IMG/VR virus record: IMGVR_UViG_2834917809_000007
Location: 1-64,000 of that record
Strand: one strand, 5' to 3'
Source: a virus
Taxonomy: Duplodnaviria; Caudoviricetes
DNA length: 64,000 nt
Position 1 is the first letter of the stretch, and the number at the start of each line of letters is the position of its first letter. The position numbers were made by a program, and so were the translations under genes. The notes beneath the pieces are model-generated. The model saw nothing but the letters and a program-made list of their open reading frames with translations, ran no database searches and was not told the origin of the DNA. This document shows, one piece after another, positions 48,057 through 58,193 of this stretch.

Positions 48057-49142
48057 TCAAGCGCATAGGATTTCGTATATTGTCGAAAAGTATTGCATAG
48101 TGCTGCGCTGTGCTGCCATTTTGCTGCCACCAATTAGGTTTAAGGGGTTAAGTTGAACCGCTTCTGTTAGATGGTCGGGGGCAAAGTGAGCATACCGCAT
48201 TGTAACTTTAATATCCGTATGTCCAAGGATGCGTTGTAAGACCAGAATATTGCCGCCGCCCATCATGAAATGGCTGGCAAAAGTATGTCGTAGAACGTGC
48301 GACAGCTGGCCGTCTGGTAACTCTATTCCCGCGCGCTTTATCGCGCTCCTGAATGCAGAATAACATCCGGTAAAGAGTGGCTTTGAGGTTCGGCTTTTGG
48401 GTAGCAATTCGTAAAGCTCATCACTGATTGGAACTGCACGGTTTTTCTTACCTTTCGTTTTGATAAAGGTTATTTTGCCGGGGCTTATCTGCTTGCCGGT
48501 TAAGCTTTCAGCCTCTCCCCATCTTGCGCCGGTCGCAAGGCAGATTTTGACAATCGTGGTTAAATCACCTGCTTTGCTTTTCTCGCATTCCTCAAGCAAG
48601 CGCGTCGCTTCCTCAACCGTAAGCCAAGCTAGCTCAACTTCTGCAATCTTAAACTCTCTGACGTTTTCGAGAGGGTTTGGTGCTGTCCAATCATCAAGTC
48701 TTTTCAGCTCATTGAACATAGCCCGAAAGTAAGCCAGTTCAAGGTTTACCGTGCGAGGAGTTACGGACTTAACGCGATCCGAGCGGGTTATTTTCCCGCT
48801 TAAACGCTGCTCTCTATACGTTGAGAATAATTTTGCGTTGAATTCAGTTGCGAGGGGATCGCCCATAGCGAGACAGGCAAACTCCATTGCGCCTTTACGC
48901 TTCTCGCCATCAGCGAGTGTTACACCATGTGCGTTATACCAAGCTGTAACCAAATCACGAACGCGGCGTTTATCTGTTTTCTCACCCAGCCATGGCTTAT
49001 CTTGGGCTTGTTCCTTTACATGACGCTCGAATGCCAGGGCCTCTCCCTTAGTGGCAAACTGTCGCCGGATGCGTTTACCATCGCGCCCGTTTGGGAATAC
49101 CTGGGCTTGCCATTTACCGTTAGGTAATTTTGATACGGCCAT
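48057..49142 (-). CDS. int: Tyrosine integrase (P2/186 family)
   Basis: HVLRHTFASHF...LGHTDIKVTMRYAH; related to 1-1038. Confidence 0.97.
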   Translation of the reverse strand: MAVSKLPNGKWQAQVFPNGRDGKRIRRQFATKGEALAFERHVKEQAQDKPWLGEKTDKRRVRDLVTAWYNAHGVTLADGEKRKGAMEFACLAMGDPLATEFNAKLFSTYREQRLSGKITRSDRVKSVTPRTVNLELAYFRAMFNELKRLDDWTAPNPLENVREFKIAEVELAWLTVEEATRLLEECEKSKAGDLTTIVKICLATGARWGEAESLTGKQISPGKITFIKTKGKKNRAVPISDELYELLPKSRTSKPLFTGCYSAFRSAIKRAGIELPDGQLSHVLRHTFASHFMMGGGNILVLQRILGHTDIKVTMRYAHFAPDHLTEAVQLNPLNLIGGSKMAAQRSTMQYFSTIYEILCA

Positions 49143-49143
49143 A

Positions 49144-49791
49144 TCAAATTTGCTCAGTTCGGGTAAGGGCTTTACCTATAACCTTTACGTCCTGTGCCAT
49201 GCACTCAAATGAATGTTTACCATTTTCAACTTTGATACGTCCCCCCGGCAGGCGGTAAAGCTCACGAATCATTGCCACGCCATCCATTTCTATCAACCAG
49301 AAACCATCAACAAGCTCTCCAGCAAACTCATCAACTATCCAAAACAGACCTTCTGTTGCTATTAGCTGCGGGGAAGAAGCATCAGCAGGAATCATGTCTG
49401 AGGCAATGAATACCTGTTTTTGAGATTTCACAATCCCATTTTGGATGTTTAGGTAATCAATTTGTGTTGATAAGGGCTGTTTGATTTCCATTGCGGGCTT
49501 TTCTTTTATCTCAGGCTGAGCCGGTGCTTCCCCGTGTCCATAGACAAGCCATTCAAGAGAGGCGCCCGTTTCCATTGCACAAATCAACACCCAATCTGCA
49601 GGGAAGTTACCACGTGAAACCCTATTGGCCATGGTGCTCTGTGAAATGTTCAGGTGGCGGCAAAGTGCTTGTCTCGATGTGAAACCGTAAGCAATGCAAA
49701 TCCGCTCTATAGGGTCTTTCCCCCCAACAGGTAGCTCTAGGCTTTTACGATTCGTAAAATCTTTTTGTTGACCGTTCCAATTTTGGATCAT
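49144..49791 (-). CDS. cI: CI immunity repressor (186 type)
   Basis: AYGFTSRQALCRHL...GASLEWL; start uncertain. Confidence 0.9.
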   Translation of the reverse strand: MIQNWNGQQKDFTNRKSLELPVGGKDPIERICIAYGFTSRQALCRHLNISQSTMANRVSRGNFPADWVLICAMETGASLEWLVYGHGEAPAQPEIKEKPAMEIKQPLSTQIDYLNIQNGIVKSQKQVFIASDMIPADASSPQLIATEGLFWIVDEFAGELVDGFWLIEMDGVAMIRELYRLPGGRIKVENGKHSFECMAQDVKVIGKALTRTEQI

Positions 49792-49802
49792 AGTATTTAC
49801 GC

Positions 49803-49843
49803 ATAGTGAGTTGTTGAATAGTGTTAAACAGTGCCGAATAGTG
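49803..49843. promoter_or_regulatory. Direct AYAGTG repeats in the cI-apl switch region (candidate Apl/CI operators)
   Basis: Copies at 49803, 49818, 49828, 49838; last three at 10-bp spacing. Confidence 0.55.
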
Positions 49844-49875
49844 AGTTTGGCGCTCCAACTGAGGAATAGTGCATC

Positions 49876-50112
49876 ATGAAACGACAATTATCAATGCGTC
49901 CCAGCATCAACCTCGTGGTGTCGGAACCGTACATCACTCTCGATGAGTTCTGCCGCCGCACTGGTTACAAGCTTAGCTATGCCCGCCAGATGGTCCGTGA
50001 GGGCCGCCTTCCTATCCGCAAAAAAGAAGGTGCGAACAGCCTGGTAGAAGTGAACATGTTCGCGTTGACGATGGAAGCCGCCCAGGGCTGCGAAATCGCA
50101 ATGCAAGCCTGA
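49876..50112 (+). CDS. Apl/Cox-like excisionase
   Basis: EPYITLDEFCRRTG...LPIRKK...LVEVNM. Confidence 0.9.
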   Translation: MKRQLSMRPSINLVVSEPYITLDEFCRRTGYKLSYARQMVREGRLPIRKKEGANSLVEVNMFALTMEAAQGCEIAMQA

Positions 50113-50146
50113 TAGTTCCATTTTGGGATAGAAAAGGACTCACAGC

Positions 50147-50656
50147 ATGTTTGATTATCGCGTTTCCAAACATCCTCACTTTGATGAAGCTTGCCGCGTT
50201 TTCGCACTGCGTCACAACATGGCGAAGCTGGCAGACCGCGCAGGAATAAAGGTCCAGACGCTGCGCAACAAGCTTAACCCTGAGCAGCCCCATCAGCTCA
50301 CGCCGCCGGAAATCTGGTTACTGACGGATATCACTGAGGACTCCACGCTGGTTGATGGTTTCTTGGCTCAAATTCATTGCCTGCCGTGCGTTCCTACGAA
50401 CGAAGTGGCAAAAGAAAAACTTCCGCATTACGTCATGAGCGCGACAGCTGAAATTGGTCGTGTGGCTGCAGGTGCTGTTTCCGGTGAAGTAGGGACTACA
50501 GCTGGCCGCCGTGATGTGATCAGCAGCATCAACTCTGTCACCCGCCTTATGGCGTTGGCTGCGATCTCCATGCAGGCACGTCTGCAGGCTAACCCAGCTA
50601 TGGCTAGCACTATTGATACGGTTACAGGTATCAGTGCGACTTTCGGGTTTATGTGA
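50147..50656 (+). CDS. cII: CII regulatory protein
   Basis: MFDYRVSKHPHFDEACR, LRNKLNPEQPHQLT. Confidence 0.93.
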   Translation: MFDYRVSKHPHFDEACRVFALRHNMAKLADRAGIKVQTLRNKLNPEQPHQLTPPEIWLLTDITEDSTLVDGFLAQIHCLPCVPTNEVAKEKLPHYVMSATAEIGRVAAGAVSGEVGTTAGRRDVISSINSVTRLMALAAISMQARLQANPAMASTIDTVTGISATFGFM

Positions 50657-50663
50657 GGTGGTC

Positions 50664-50888
50664 ATGCTGAAAAATGAACCTTCTTTTGCCTCGCTGCTGA
50701 AAAAGCAAAGTCCGGCAATGCACTACGGCCACGGCTGGATTGCAGGAGATAACGGCAAGCGCTGGCACCCATGCCGCGATCAGTCCGAATTATTAAACGG
50801 GCTGAAAACAAAAACGGCGAAGCCGTTAGCTTTTTTAATTATTCGCATTTTTCGCTTGGTTATGAAAGGAGTGAAACATGTCTCGTAA
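50664..50888 (+). CDS. DUF2724-like early protein
   Basis: SFASLLKKQSPAMHYGHGWI.G.NGKRWHP. Confidence 0.8.
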   Translation: MLKNEPSFASLLKKQSPAMHYGHGWIAGDNGKRWHPCRDQSELLNGLKTKTAKPLAFLIIRIFRLVMKGVKHVS

Positions 50889-51078
50889 TGACCTGAGAAT
50901 TATTCTAGGCGTAATCATCCCAAATATGGCTGATGGTTTTGAAATTAAAACCCGTGACGGTGCTGTTTTGCGTGTCGATCCTGAATGGGATTGCTGCAAG
51001 GCATTTAAAGAAGGGTTGCAGACTGAAATCATTAACCAGCTTAAAAGTATGCCGGTCCCTGTTTCTGGATATATCTAA
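50878..51078 (+). CDS. Hypothetical early protein
   Basis: GGAG RBS; overlaps upstream gene. Confidence 0.6.
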   Translation: MSRNDLRIILGVIIPNMADGFEIKTRDGAVLRVDPEWDCCKAFKEGLQTEIINQLKSMPVPVSGYI

Positions 51079-51147
51079 GTAATTAATCCGTTTTTTATGG
51101 CGTAAACCCGCCGGGCATTTTTTTGCCCGAATTCTGAGGAAATAAAT

Positions 51148-51381
51148 ATGAAAAATACCAAAACCCACTCAACGAAAACAGGCCCAGACGATGCTGGCCT
51201 GTTCGCTTTATTGAATGAAACGCGCCTGGATGAGCGCCGTTGCCGCGCTGATGCAATGGCGGCTCGTCTGGATAGTCTGGCCGTGCGCATCGTTTCCCGT
51301 CAGTTGAGCCATATCGAGGCGGCCGAACTGCTTCGTGTTGAAGCGGTACGCATCCAGAACGAAGCGCAGGAGCTGCATTAA
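51148..51381 (+). CDS. DUF2732-family protein
   Basis: AARLDSLA...LSHIEAAELLRVEA. Confidence 0.82.
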   Translation: MKNTKTHSTKTGPDDAGLFALLNETRLDERRCRADAMAARLDSLAVRIVSRQLSHIEAAELLRVEAVRIQNEAQELH

Positions 51382-51608
51382 TGGCTGATTCAATGGACCT
51401 CGCCCAGTTGCGCGAACAGGAAGATCGTGAGCGCCATATCAACAATGCCCGCGCCAAAGCGCCGGGCGTTTCCCGTGTTCTCTGTGCGGAGTGTGATGCT
51501 CCGATCCCGCCAGCTCGCCGCCGCGCTATTCCGGGCGTGCAGTGCTGTGTGACCTGTCAGGAAATCGCAGAGCTAAAAAGCAAACATTACAACGGAGGTG
51601 CGTTATGA
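51381..51608 (+). CDS. TraR/DksA C4 zinc-finger protein
   Basis: [21 protein letters not shown]...CCVTCQ. Confidence 0.92.
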   Translation: MADSMDLAQLREQEDRERHINNARAKAPGVSRVLCAECDAPIPPARRRAIPGVQCCVTCQEIAELKSKHYNGGAL

Positions 51609-51919
51609 CCACGCGCGTTCACCAGGTAAAAATCGCTCCGGCTTATTTCAATGCCGTTGTTACGGGCGAAAAACGTGCAGAGCTTAGGAAGGATGACCGG
51701 GGCTATAAAGTCGGTGACGTTCTTTCTTTGTGCGAATGGGACCACGACGGCAAATATACCGGCAGAGAATGCGCCGCGATTATTACCCATATTCTGCCAG
51801 TAAATGACGTTCTTCCTATGCCGGGAAACTGGATTCCGGGTAGTTGGGTGATGCTTTCAATTCGCCCGTTCACAACCGTAGAGGCGCTGGTTCACTTATT
51901 CACAGGGAGTCTCAAATGA
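51605..51919 (+). CDS. ASCH/DUF3850-family protein
   Basis: [33 protein letters not shown]. Confidence 0.85.
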   Translation: MTTRVHQVKIAPAYFNAVVTGEKRAELRKDDRGYKVGDVLSLCEWDHDGKYTGRECAAIITHILPVNDVLPMPGNWIPGSWVMLSIRPFTTVEALVHLFTGSLK

Positions 51920-52713
51920 GCACTATCCTGAAATGGGCGGGAAACAAAACCGCCATCATGTCCGAACTGAAAAAACACCTCCCAGCTGGCCCGCGATTGG
52001 TTGAACCTTTCGCGGGTTCCTGTGCTGTGATGATGGCAACAGACTATCCTCATTATCTTGTCGCGGATATTAACCCTGATTTAATAAATCTATATCGGGA
52101 TATAGCAACAGACGCATCTGCTTTTATTGAGCGGGCCAAACATCTGTTTAAAATCTTTAATAGTGAAGATGGTTATTATGATAGCCGTGATTCATTCAAT
52201 AACGATAAAGAACCTGAATGGCGCGCGCCGCTTTTTTTATTCTTAAATCGTCACTGTTACCGAGGGCTTTGCCGTTATAACAAAAAGGGGGAGTTTAACG
52301 TCCCATATGGTAATTATAAAAAACCTTATTTCCCGGAAAGCGAAATCCGCGCTTTTGCAGAGAAAGCCATTCGTGCAACGTTCATTTGTGCCAGCTATAA
52401 CGAAACGTTGGGTTTATTGGTGCCTGGCGATGTTGTTTATTGCGATCCGCCTTATGACGAAACATTTAATGACTATCACACGGAGGGTTTCACCGAATGT
52501 GACCAGTATCGTCTGGCCTCAATTCTTGAGCGTCGGTCATCAGAAGGTTATCAGGTGGTGGTTTCGAACAGCAGCACGTTGCTGACTCGTTCTCTTTATC
52601 GTGATTTTAAGCACCACAAAATCACAGCTCCGCGCAACATGGGAGTTAAGGGAGGTGCAGGAAAGTCTGCGCCAGAAATTATCGCTGTATCGAAGCCGTC
52701 CAGAAATGTCTGA
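51916..52713 (+). CDS. dam: Dam-family DNA adenine methyltransferase
   Basis: LKWAGNK, VEPFAGS, YCDPPY; ATGA coupling. Confidence 0.93.
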   Translation: MSTILKWAGNKTAIMSELKKHLPAGPRLVEPFAGSCAVMMATDYPHYLVADINPDLINLYRDIATDASAFIERAKHLFKIFNSEDGYYDSRDSFNNDKEPEWRAPLFLFLNRHCYRGLCRYNKKGEFNVPYGNYKKPYFPESEIRAFAEKAIRATFICASYNETLGLLVPGDVVYCDPPYDETFNDYHTEGFTECDQYRLASILERRSSEGYQVVVSNSSTLLTRSLYRDFKHHKITAPRNMGVKGGAGKSAPEIIAVSKPSRNV

Positions 52714-55009
52714 TACAGTTTTCCCCTACGCATGGAATGCCCCGCGTCCTGCAATTGGCGGTTTTAAGCAAGCCGATGCGGCGCCAGGGATCATGTATCT
52801 GACGCCGGACGGCAATCGCAAGCATTTGTCGATTGCGGAACTGGCAGAAGCGGATGAAGCACCAGATCGGGGCCGGGCGGTTCGTCGTCGCCTGGCTTCG
52901 CTGCCTCATTTTGTCCGCCGTATGTATGCTCAAAAGCTTGAACAGGTAGACCGTAAAGGCAAACAAGCGGCTGATGCCTGGCTTATCAATACCTTTGAGC
53001 GATTCGTTCTGAGTCGTATAGATCAGGTCAATGAGCAGTATCTGCCGCAGGGGGTGATGCCTGCGGCTTTGTTGCCTTTGCGTGAACAATTCTGGCGCCT
53101 GCTTTGGGCTGGAAAAAAAGAGCTGAAACGGCTGGCGCATAATCTTGCTGACCTGTTGGGTAGCGAGTTTAACCGCGAGTTTGATTTCCAGATGGCCCGC
53201 ACGTCCGATCCTCATTTCGCCACCCTGTCAGGTTATGGCCGCATGGGGTTTCTTGCCAATCACCTTAAAACACCGGTTCCGTGCTGGACGGCCTACTGCA
53301 AAGAAGAGCTGGAGGCGGAAGACGCACTGAAAGCAGTGGCCCGCCTGCAGTCTCCGCAGTGGTGGCTTAATCGTCTGCGCCGTATGCATGCTCGCTGGCG
53401 TGAGCATCTGATGGTTGCCGCCGGGTATGTACACAAAAAATCCGCACCGTACTGCAGTGATCCATGCTTGCAGGAATGGACGGCGCAAAAGAAAGCCAAC
53501 CGCGAATTTCTGAAAGCGATGGAGCTGGAAGATGAGGACACCGGAGAGCGCGTATCGCTGATTGATAAAGTGGCCGGCAGCGTTGCCAACCCAGCTAACC
53601 GTCGTCGTGAGCTGATGGCGCGCATGCGTGGGTTCGAAGATTTAGCGAATGAGGCCGGGCTGGCCGGGGCGTTCTTCACGCTTACCGCTCCATCCAGATA
53701 TCACTCAATGCAGTACGACGGGCGCCGGAACAACAAATACAGCGGCGCGTCACCGCGTGAAACGCAGAAATATCTTTGCAAAGTATGGGCGCGCACGCGT
53801 GCGGCCTGGCTGCGCAATGGTATTCGCGTGTTTGGCTTTCGCGTTGTTGAGCCTCACCACGACGAAACCCCGCATTGGCACCTCCTGCTTTTCATGCTCC
53901 CGGAGCATATCGAACCGGCAACAGCAATCTTTCGCAAGCACGCCATGCGTGAGGATGGGAATGAGCCTGGCGCCGCTGAAAACCGTTTCGAAATGAAACC
54001 CATCGAGAAAGAGAAGGGCAGCGCAACGGGCTATATCGCCAAATACATTTCAAAAAATATTGATGGCTATCAGCTTGATGACGATCTGGATGATGAAACC
54101 GGCAAGCCTCTGAAAGAAATGGCCCGCCGCGTAAGTGCTTGGGCGTCTCGCTGGGCGATCCGTCAGTTCCAGCAAATAGGCGGCGCACCGGTAACTGTGT
54201 GGCGTGAATTACGTCGCCTCGGTGATCGTGAGCTGGTCCTGCACCCCGAAATTGAGCCAGTGCGTCAGGCCGCCGACAGCAGTGCTTGGGATTTGTACGT
54301 GAGTGCACAGGGTGGCCCGCTGGTTCCCCGTGATCTCCTGCGCGTGCGCCTCAGCTATGAAGTCACCGAAAACGGCAACCTTTACGGGGATGACGTCTCC
54401 AAAATTTCCGGCGTTTACTCCCCGAGCCGTGGGCCGGAATCGCTGATTCATACGCGCACTACCAAATACAAAATTGTGCCGAAACGTCAGGCCGACGGCG
54501 TTTCAGGTTTTGACCTTGATTTTTCAGGCGGCCCCGCCGCCCCTCGGAGTTCTGTCAATAACTGTACGCGGGAGCCGCGGGAGGTTGAAAAATGCGCCGA
54601 TCCTGGCGGCACGGTCATGAATGACTGTGCCAGCTGGGCGGATATTGGCTCTTTATCCCGAAAAGAAAAACGGGTGATAGCGCAGCGGCTGAGCGAAGCG
54701 GCAAGGGTAACTAACAAGCGCATAAAAGTGAGGCCAAAGACCAGCTCCATGACAGAGCAGGAAAAGCAAATTATTGAGCTGCTGGCTCTGCGTGGAGTGG
54801 ATGCCAGCGCCGGAATGGTCCGTTCGTTGATTTCCGGCGCGGTGGTTGCCTTTGGCGATCAGGTGTTAACGGTTGATGAAGGGCGCCTTACTGTCCGTAA
54901 CCGTACTGCGGCAGGTGTTCAGCGTCTGCCGTCCCAGATTGTGGAGATTAAACAGCAGGCGGATGAACTTTTGAACCGAATGAAGCGTGCATTTACAGCG
55001 CGGAAATAG
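52706..55009 (+). CDS. Rolling-circle replication initiator A
   Basis: EPHHDETPHWH; YIAKYISKNIDG. Confidence 0.96.
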   Translation: MSDTVFPYAWNAPRPAIGGFKQADAAPGIMYLTPDGNRKHLSIAELAEADEAPDRGRAVRRRLASLPHFVRRMYAQKLEQVDRKGKQAADAWLINTFERFVLSRIDQVNEQYLPQGVMPAALLPLREQFWRLLWAGKKELKRLAHNLADLLGSEFNREFDFQMARTSDPHFATLSGYGRMGFLANHLKTPVPCWTAYCKEELEAEDALKAVARLQSPQWWLNRLRRMHARWREHLMVAAGYVHKKSAPYCSDPCLQEWTAQKKANREFLKAMELEDEDTGERVSLIDKVAGSVANPANRRRELMARMRGFEDLANEAGLAGAFFTLTAPSRYHSMQYDGRRNNKYSGASPRETQKYLCKVWARTRAAWLRNGIRVFGFRVVEPHHDETPHWHLLLFMLPEHIEPATAIFRKHAMREDGNEPGAAENRFEMKPIEKEKGSATGYIAKYISKNIDGYQLDDDLDDETGKPLKEMARRVSAWASRWAIRQFQQIGGAPVTVWRELRRLGDRELVLHPEIEPVRQAADSSAWDLYVSAQGGPLVPRDLLRVRLSYEVTENGNLYGDDVSKISGVYSPSRGPESLIHTRTTKYKIVPKRQADGVSGFDLDFSGGPAAPRSSVNNCTREPREVEKCADPGGTVMNDCASWADIGSLSRKEKRVIAQRLSEAARVTNKRIKVRPKTSSMTEQEKQIIELLALRGVDASAGMVRSLISGAVVAFGDQVLTVDEGRLTVRNRTAAGVQRLPSQIVEIKQQADELLNRMKRAFTARK
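54536..54568 (+). other. P2-type replication origin within gene A
   Basis: GCCGCCCCTCGGAGTTCTGTCAATAACTGTACG. Confidence 0.82.
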
Positions 55010-55160
55010 CCCGTGATCAACATGGTCAGGTCTGACGGTGTGGTACCGAATTGAGCGCTTCACCGTCAGAAATGACAGTACTGGCCATTCATCGAGTAAC
55101 GTCATTTTCGACTGTGCTGCAGGTGAATTAAAACGAAATCATGAGTTGAGGAAAACAGAA

Positions 55161-55856
55161 ATGACCTATCTGGGAAGCAAGGCCGCAAGCGGTGTTTTTC
55201 AAAAGATTATTGCGGAAATGCCGCCGCATGATACCTACATTGAGACGCACCTGGGCGGTGGCGCTGTCATGTTACGTAAGCCACCGGCCCGCCGCAATTG
55301 GGGCATTGATATTGATCCCCTGACGGTTGAGGCGTTCTGCCAGGGTAATGCTGATTTCCTTGATACCGTGGGCGATAGCCTTTTTATCGATGTTGCCGAT
55401 GCGGTGCAATTTTTAAGGGGCTTCGATTTTGCCTCCGCCGGTCGTGTGCTGATTTACGCAGACCCCCCCTATTTGCATGAAACGCGCACAAGTGCCGCGC
55501 GTTATCGCAATGAATATACCGTTGCCGATCATGAGCGGTTGCTGGCCTGCCTTAAAAGCCTGCCAAAAAATGCCAGTGTGATTTTGTCCGGCTATCCATC
55601 AGCGCTTTATGACGAACTATTAACGGGCTGGCGCCAGAAAGAATTTCAGGCCATGACGCGTGGCGGTGTGCGCACTGAGAAAATCTGGATGAATTACCCG
55701 GAGGGGAGAGCCTACTCGCACACTTTTGCGGGTAAGGATTACAACGACAGGGAGCGCATCAAACGTAAGGCGAAGCGCTGGCGCGAAAAGTTCGCAGCTT
55801 TGCCCCCCGCTGAGCGACTGGCAATAATGACGGCGCTGAGCGAAGTTAATGATTAG
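55161..55856 (+). CDS. Second DNA N6-adenine methyltransferase (Dam/D12-like, divergent)
   Basis: YLGSK, IETHLGGGAV (motif I variant), YADPPY; GAGG RBS. Confidence 0.85.
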   Translation: MTYLGSKAASGVFQKIIAEMPPHDTYIETHLGGGAVMLRKPPARRNWGIDIDPLTVEAFCQGNADFLDTVGDSLFIDVADAVQFLRGFDFASAGRVLIYADPPYLHETRTSAARYRNEYTVADHERLLACLKSLPKNASVILSGYPSALYDELLTGWRQKEFQAMTRGGVRTEKIWMNYPEGRAYSHTFAGKDYNDRERIKRKAKRWREKFAALPPAERLAIMTALSEVND

Positions 55857-55922
55857 CCTCAGCAAACAGACTCATCTGATTGATTGACAGAAAGTATTTT
55901 ACAACCTCAATATCATCCTATA

Positions 55923-55953
55923 CTGTATATATAAACAGTGGATATATATACAG
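55923..55953. promoter_or_regulatory. LexA box plus overlapping degenerate second box
   Basis: CTGTATATATAAACAG at 55923-38; GTGGATATATATACAG at 55938-53. Confidence 0.88.
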
Positions 55954-56016
55954 CGCGTCAATATCCCTTCCTGGGGATATTGGCTGGTTTATCCCGTAGT
56001 GAGGATAGGAGGGAAA

Positions 56017-56205
56017 ATGCAGGACTATCTTTTGGAGTCGTTGAAGCTCCAGCGTATTGATTTCTTTATCAAGCTTGTAGCGGCTAGTGATTGCAGCGAA
56101 GAAGAGAAACGGCTTGCAATTCAGTGGGTGTCGGAATTGACAGACGAACTGATGGCAAAAATTCGTAACCACGAATACAGCCGGACGATGGACGTTATCA
56201 ATTAA
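56017..56205 (+). CDS. Tum-like antirepressor (N-terminal-half homologue)
   Basis: LQRIDFFIKLVA...EEEKRLAIQWVSEL; downstream of LexA box. Confidence 0.75.
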   Translation: MQDYLLESLKLQRIDFFIKLVAASDCSEEEKRLAIQWVSELTDELMAKIRNHEYSRTMDVIN

Positions 56206-56217
56206 AAGGGGGTCTCT

Positions 56218-56451
56218 ATGCGCATTGAAATAATGATCGATAAAGAGCAAAAGATAAGCCAGACTACACTGGAGGCCCTTGAATCCGAACTGTACCGAAA
56301 TTTGCGCCCTCTTTATCCAAAAACGGCAATCCGCATACGTAAGGGAAGCGCTAATGGCCTGGAGCTGAGCGGCTTAAAACTGGACGAAGATAAGAAGCAA
56401 GTAATGGAGATTTTGCAGCAGGTTTGGGAAGACGACAGCTGGCTGCATTAA
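56218..56451 (+). CDS. DinI-like protein
   Basis: MRIEIMIDK...ALESEL.R...V.ILQQVWEDDSW. Confidence 0.88.
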   Translation: MRIEIMIDKEQKISQTTLEALESELYRNLRPLYPKTAIRIRKGSANGLELSGLKLDEDKKQVMEILQQVWEDDSWLH

Positions 56452-56457
56452 GGAACG

Positions 56458-56492
56458 TTGCTGGCGTCAGGGCCTGAGTCTGACGTCAGCAA
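56458..56492. terminator. Hairpin between convergent DinI-like and DUF2971 genes
   Basis: TTGCTGGCGTCAG / CTGACGTCAGCAA imperfect stem. Confidence 0.45.
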
Positions 56493-56581
56493 GGTTTAAC
56501 AACGAGCAGGGCGAGGCGTTAGCCAATGGCTAGTGAGGCATTAATCAACAATAGAGTGGAAATGGCTTCAAGTTTTAAATA

Positions 56582-57313
56582 CTAACTTAGGAGAGAGAAA
56601 TCTAAAGAGTATTTAGCAGTGGATTTTTCTGCTTTATACCATTTAACATGCGACCATTCTTTTCCTGAAAGTAAAGAACGTATTTCTTCTTTGCTTTCTT
56701 CGCTTGTTCTCAAGCCAAAAGCGATAGAGTTTATTGCTTTTGGTTCAAATTTTAATGCCCCGGATTCTAACTTTATAAGGCGTCGCTCACGCTCATATTT
56801 CCAGCCGGAATATTTGGTTCCTAAGATTGAGTGGATTATATCACCAGCAATCTTTTGTAAGCTATTTTCGCTTGGATGGCTTTCAAAGAATTCAAGTCTA
56901 TCAATAATACCTTGATAAGGGTAGTTGCTTTGATATTTAATGTTTATGGCATGTATTCTTGAGCCTTCACCTCTTAATTCCTTTTCTTTAAACCCAATGC
57001 AGAACCCTCTATGTTCATCAGCATAATGAGACCACATTAATTGGTTCTTACGTGCTCGGCTTAAAGCACAAACACCATATGTGCTAATTGACTCTTTTAG
57101 GGCTTTCTGAAATTTCAACTTCAAATTCAGCGGTAGTTCTTTCCGGGCCCATACTGCAGCTAAAACATCAGGAAAGGAGGTTTCAGCTTCGAAGGGGTCA
57201 TTAAACGTATTCGCAGTGGCGAACCATAATTCACGCTCGCGAAGAACACGTAATCCATCATCTTTGCAGTTTCGATATTTAAATAAAACTCTATTGTTTG
57301 CCATGCTATTCAT
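56582..57313 (-). CDS. DUF2971-family protein (hotspot cargo)
   Basis: LFKYR, FNDPFE, LMWSHYADEHRGFCIGF, K...W.YE.E.R; low GC. Confidence 0.85.
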   Translation of the reverse strand: MNSMANNRVLFKYRNCKDDGLRVLRERELWFATANTFNDPFEAETSFPDVLAAVWARKELPLNLKLKFQKALKESISTYGVCALSRARKNQLMWSHYADEHRGFCIGFKEKELRGEGSRIHAINIKYQSNYPYQGIIDRLEFFESHPSENSLQKIAGDIIHSILGTKYSGWKYERERRLIKLESGALKFEPKAINSIAFGLRTSEESKEEIRSLLSGKEWSHVKWYKAEKSTAKYSLDFSLLS

Positions 57314-57368
57314 TTTGATTTAGCACCCTTTTCAAACTGAATGAATGTACTTTCTCATGTCTAAAGAT

Positions 57369-57901
57369 CTATACTCAAGTAACTTCAAGATGCAGGATGT
57401 GAGCACATAAACAAGTTAGTGCAACTGGGTTCTGGGTTCATGCTCCTGCAACTTGAAGTATGATGGGTATAAATGTTCAGGGCTTACATTCATAAATCAC
57501 CCCATCTTCATAGTCATTGTTACCAGTTTTTCTTGTGACAAATATTTCCGCGTCTCTGTCTCTTAGCGTCAGAAAAAGCACGCGACTTTCCTTCTGCCTC
57601 TCTTCTTGTTGAGTAGAAAACAAGGTTTTCAAATTCCCAGATTCTATTTTTGACTCCACCTTCGTAAAAATGGCGCTGTCAAACTCGAGCAATCCTTTAT
57701 TTGACGGGCTGCTGAAAACATACGCCACTCTTACCGTGCCATCCTTTCGGCTGACACACTCCAGCTTTGGTGGTTGTGCTGCGGCAGAAAATGACAGAAA
57801 AAGTATTACTGAAAAAATTTTTTTGAATATCATATATGCGGCCTAAAAAATACAGTTGTTGGAATTCAATCATCCAGCATCTTGAAGTTACTTGGGTATA
57901 G
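57369..57901. repeat. 31-bp inverted repeats (57369-57399 / 57871-57901, 29/31) plus partial third copy (57444-57459)
   Basis: CATCC(T/A)GCATCTTGAAGTTACTTG(A/G)GTATAG read directly from sequence. Confidence 0.9.
57477..57833 (-). CDS. Secreted/periplasmic protein of unknown function
   Basis: Sec signal MIFKKIFSVILFLSFSAAA; Cys near each end of the mature part; low GC. Confidence 0.75.
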   Translation of the reverse strand: MIFKKIFSVILFLSFSAAAQPPKLECVSRKDGTVRVAYVFSSPSNKGLLEFDSAIFTKVESKIESGNLKTLFSTQQEERQKESRVLFLTLRDRDAEIFVTRKTGNNDYEDGVIYECKP

Positions 57902-58174
57902 TACGGCATTTATACACCAAATGTGCAGCGATGGCACTATTCCAGTATAACAATCCTTCTATAACCAATTTTAAAGAGGTCCAAAAAGTAAACACAACAT
58001 TGATTGCTTTAAATGCTTGGACGTAAGGCGTTTTTTGTTTTGGAGAGTACTGCATGTCTATGCTGCATGAATTTGCATGATCGTTTAAGGATCGTTCTAG
58101 TCGAGGCCCACCAGTTCTGGCGGGCTTTTGCTTATATCGTGCAGGTGCATGAAAACCACTGCGTAAAGCAGGCA

Positions 58175-58193
58175 GGCGTGGCGGGGCTACGAG
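58175..58193 (+). other. cos site (P2/186 type)
   Basis: GGCGTGGCGGGGCTACGAG; first 12 nt match the 186 cohesive end as I recall it; located just downstream of portal. Confidence 0.7.

Noticed and set aside
56493-56525. Integron attC-like site (TTAAC...GTTAG)
   Set aside because: Core is not GTTRRRY, inner arms do not pair well, and there is no integron integrase
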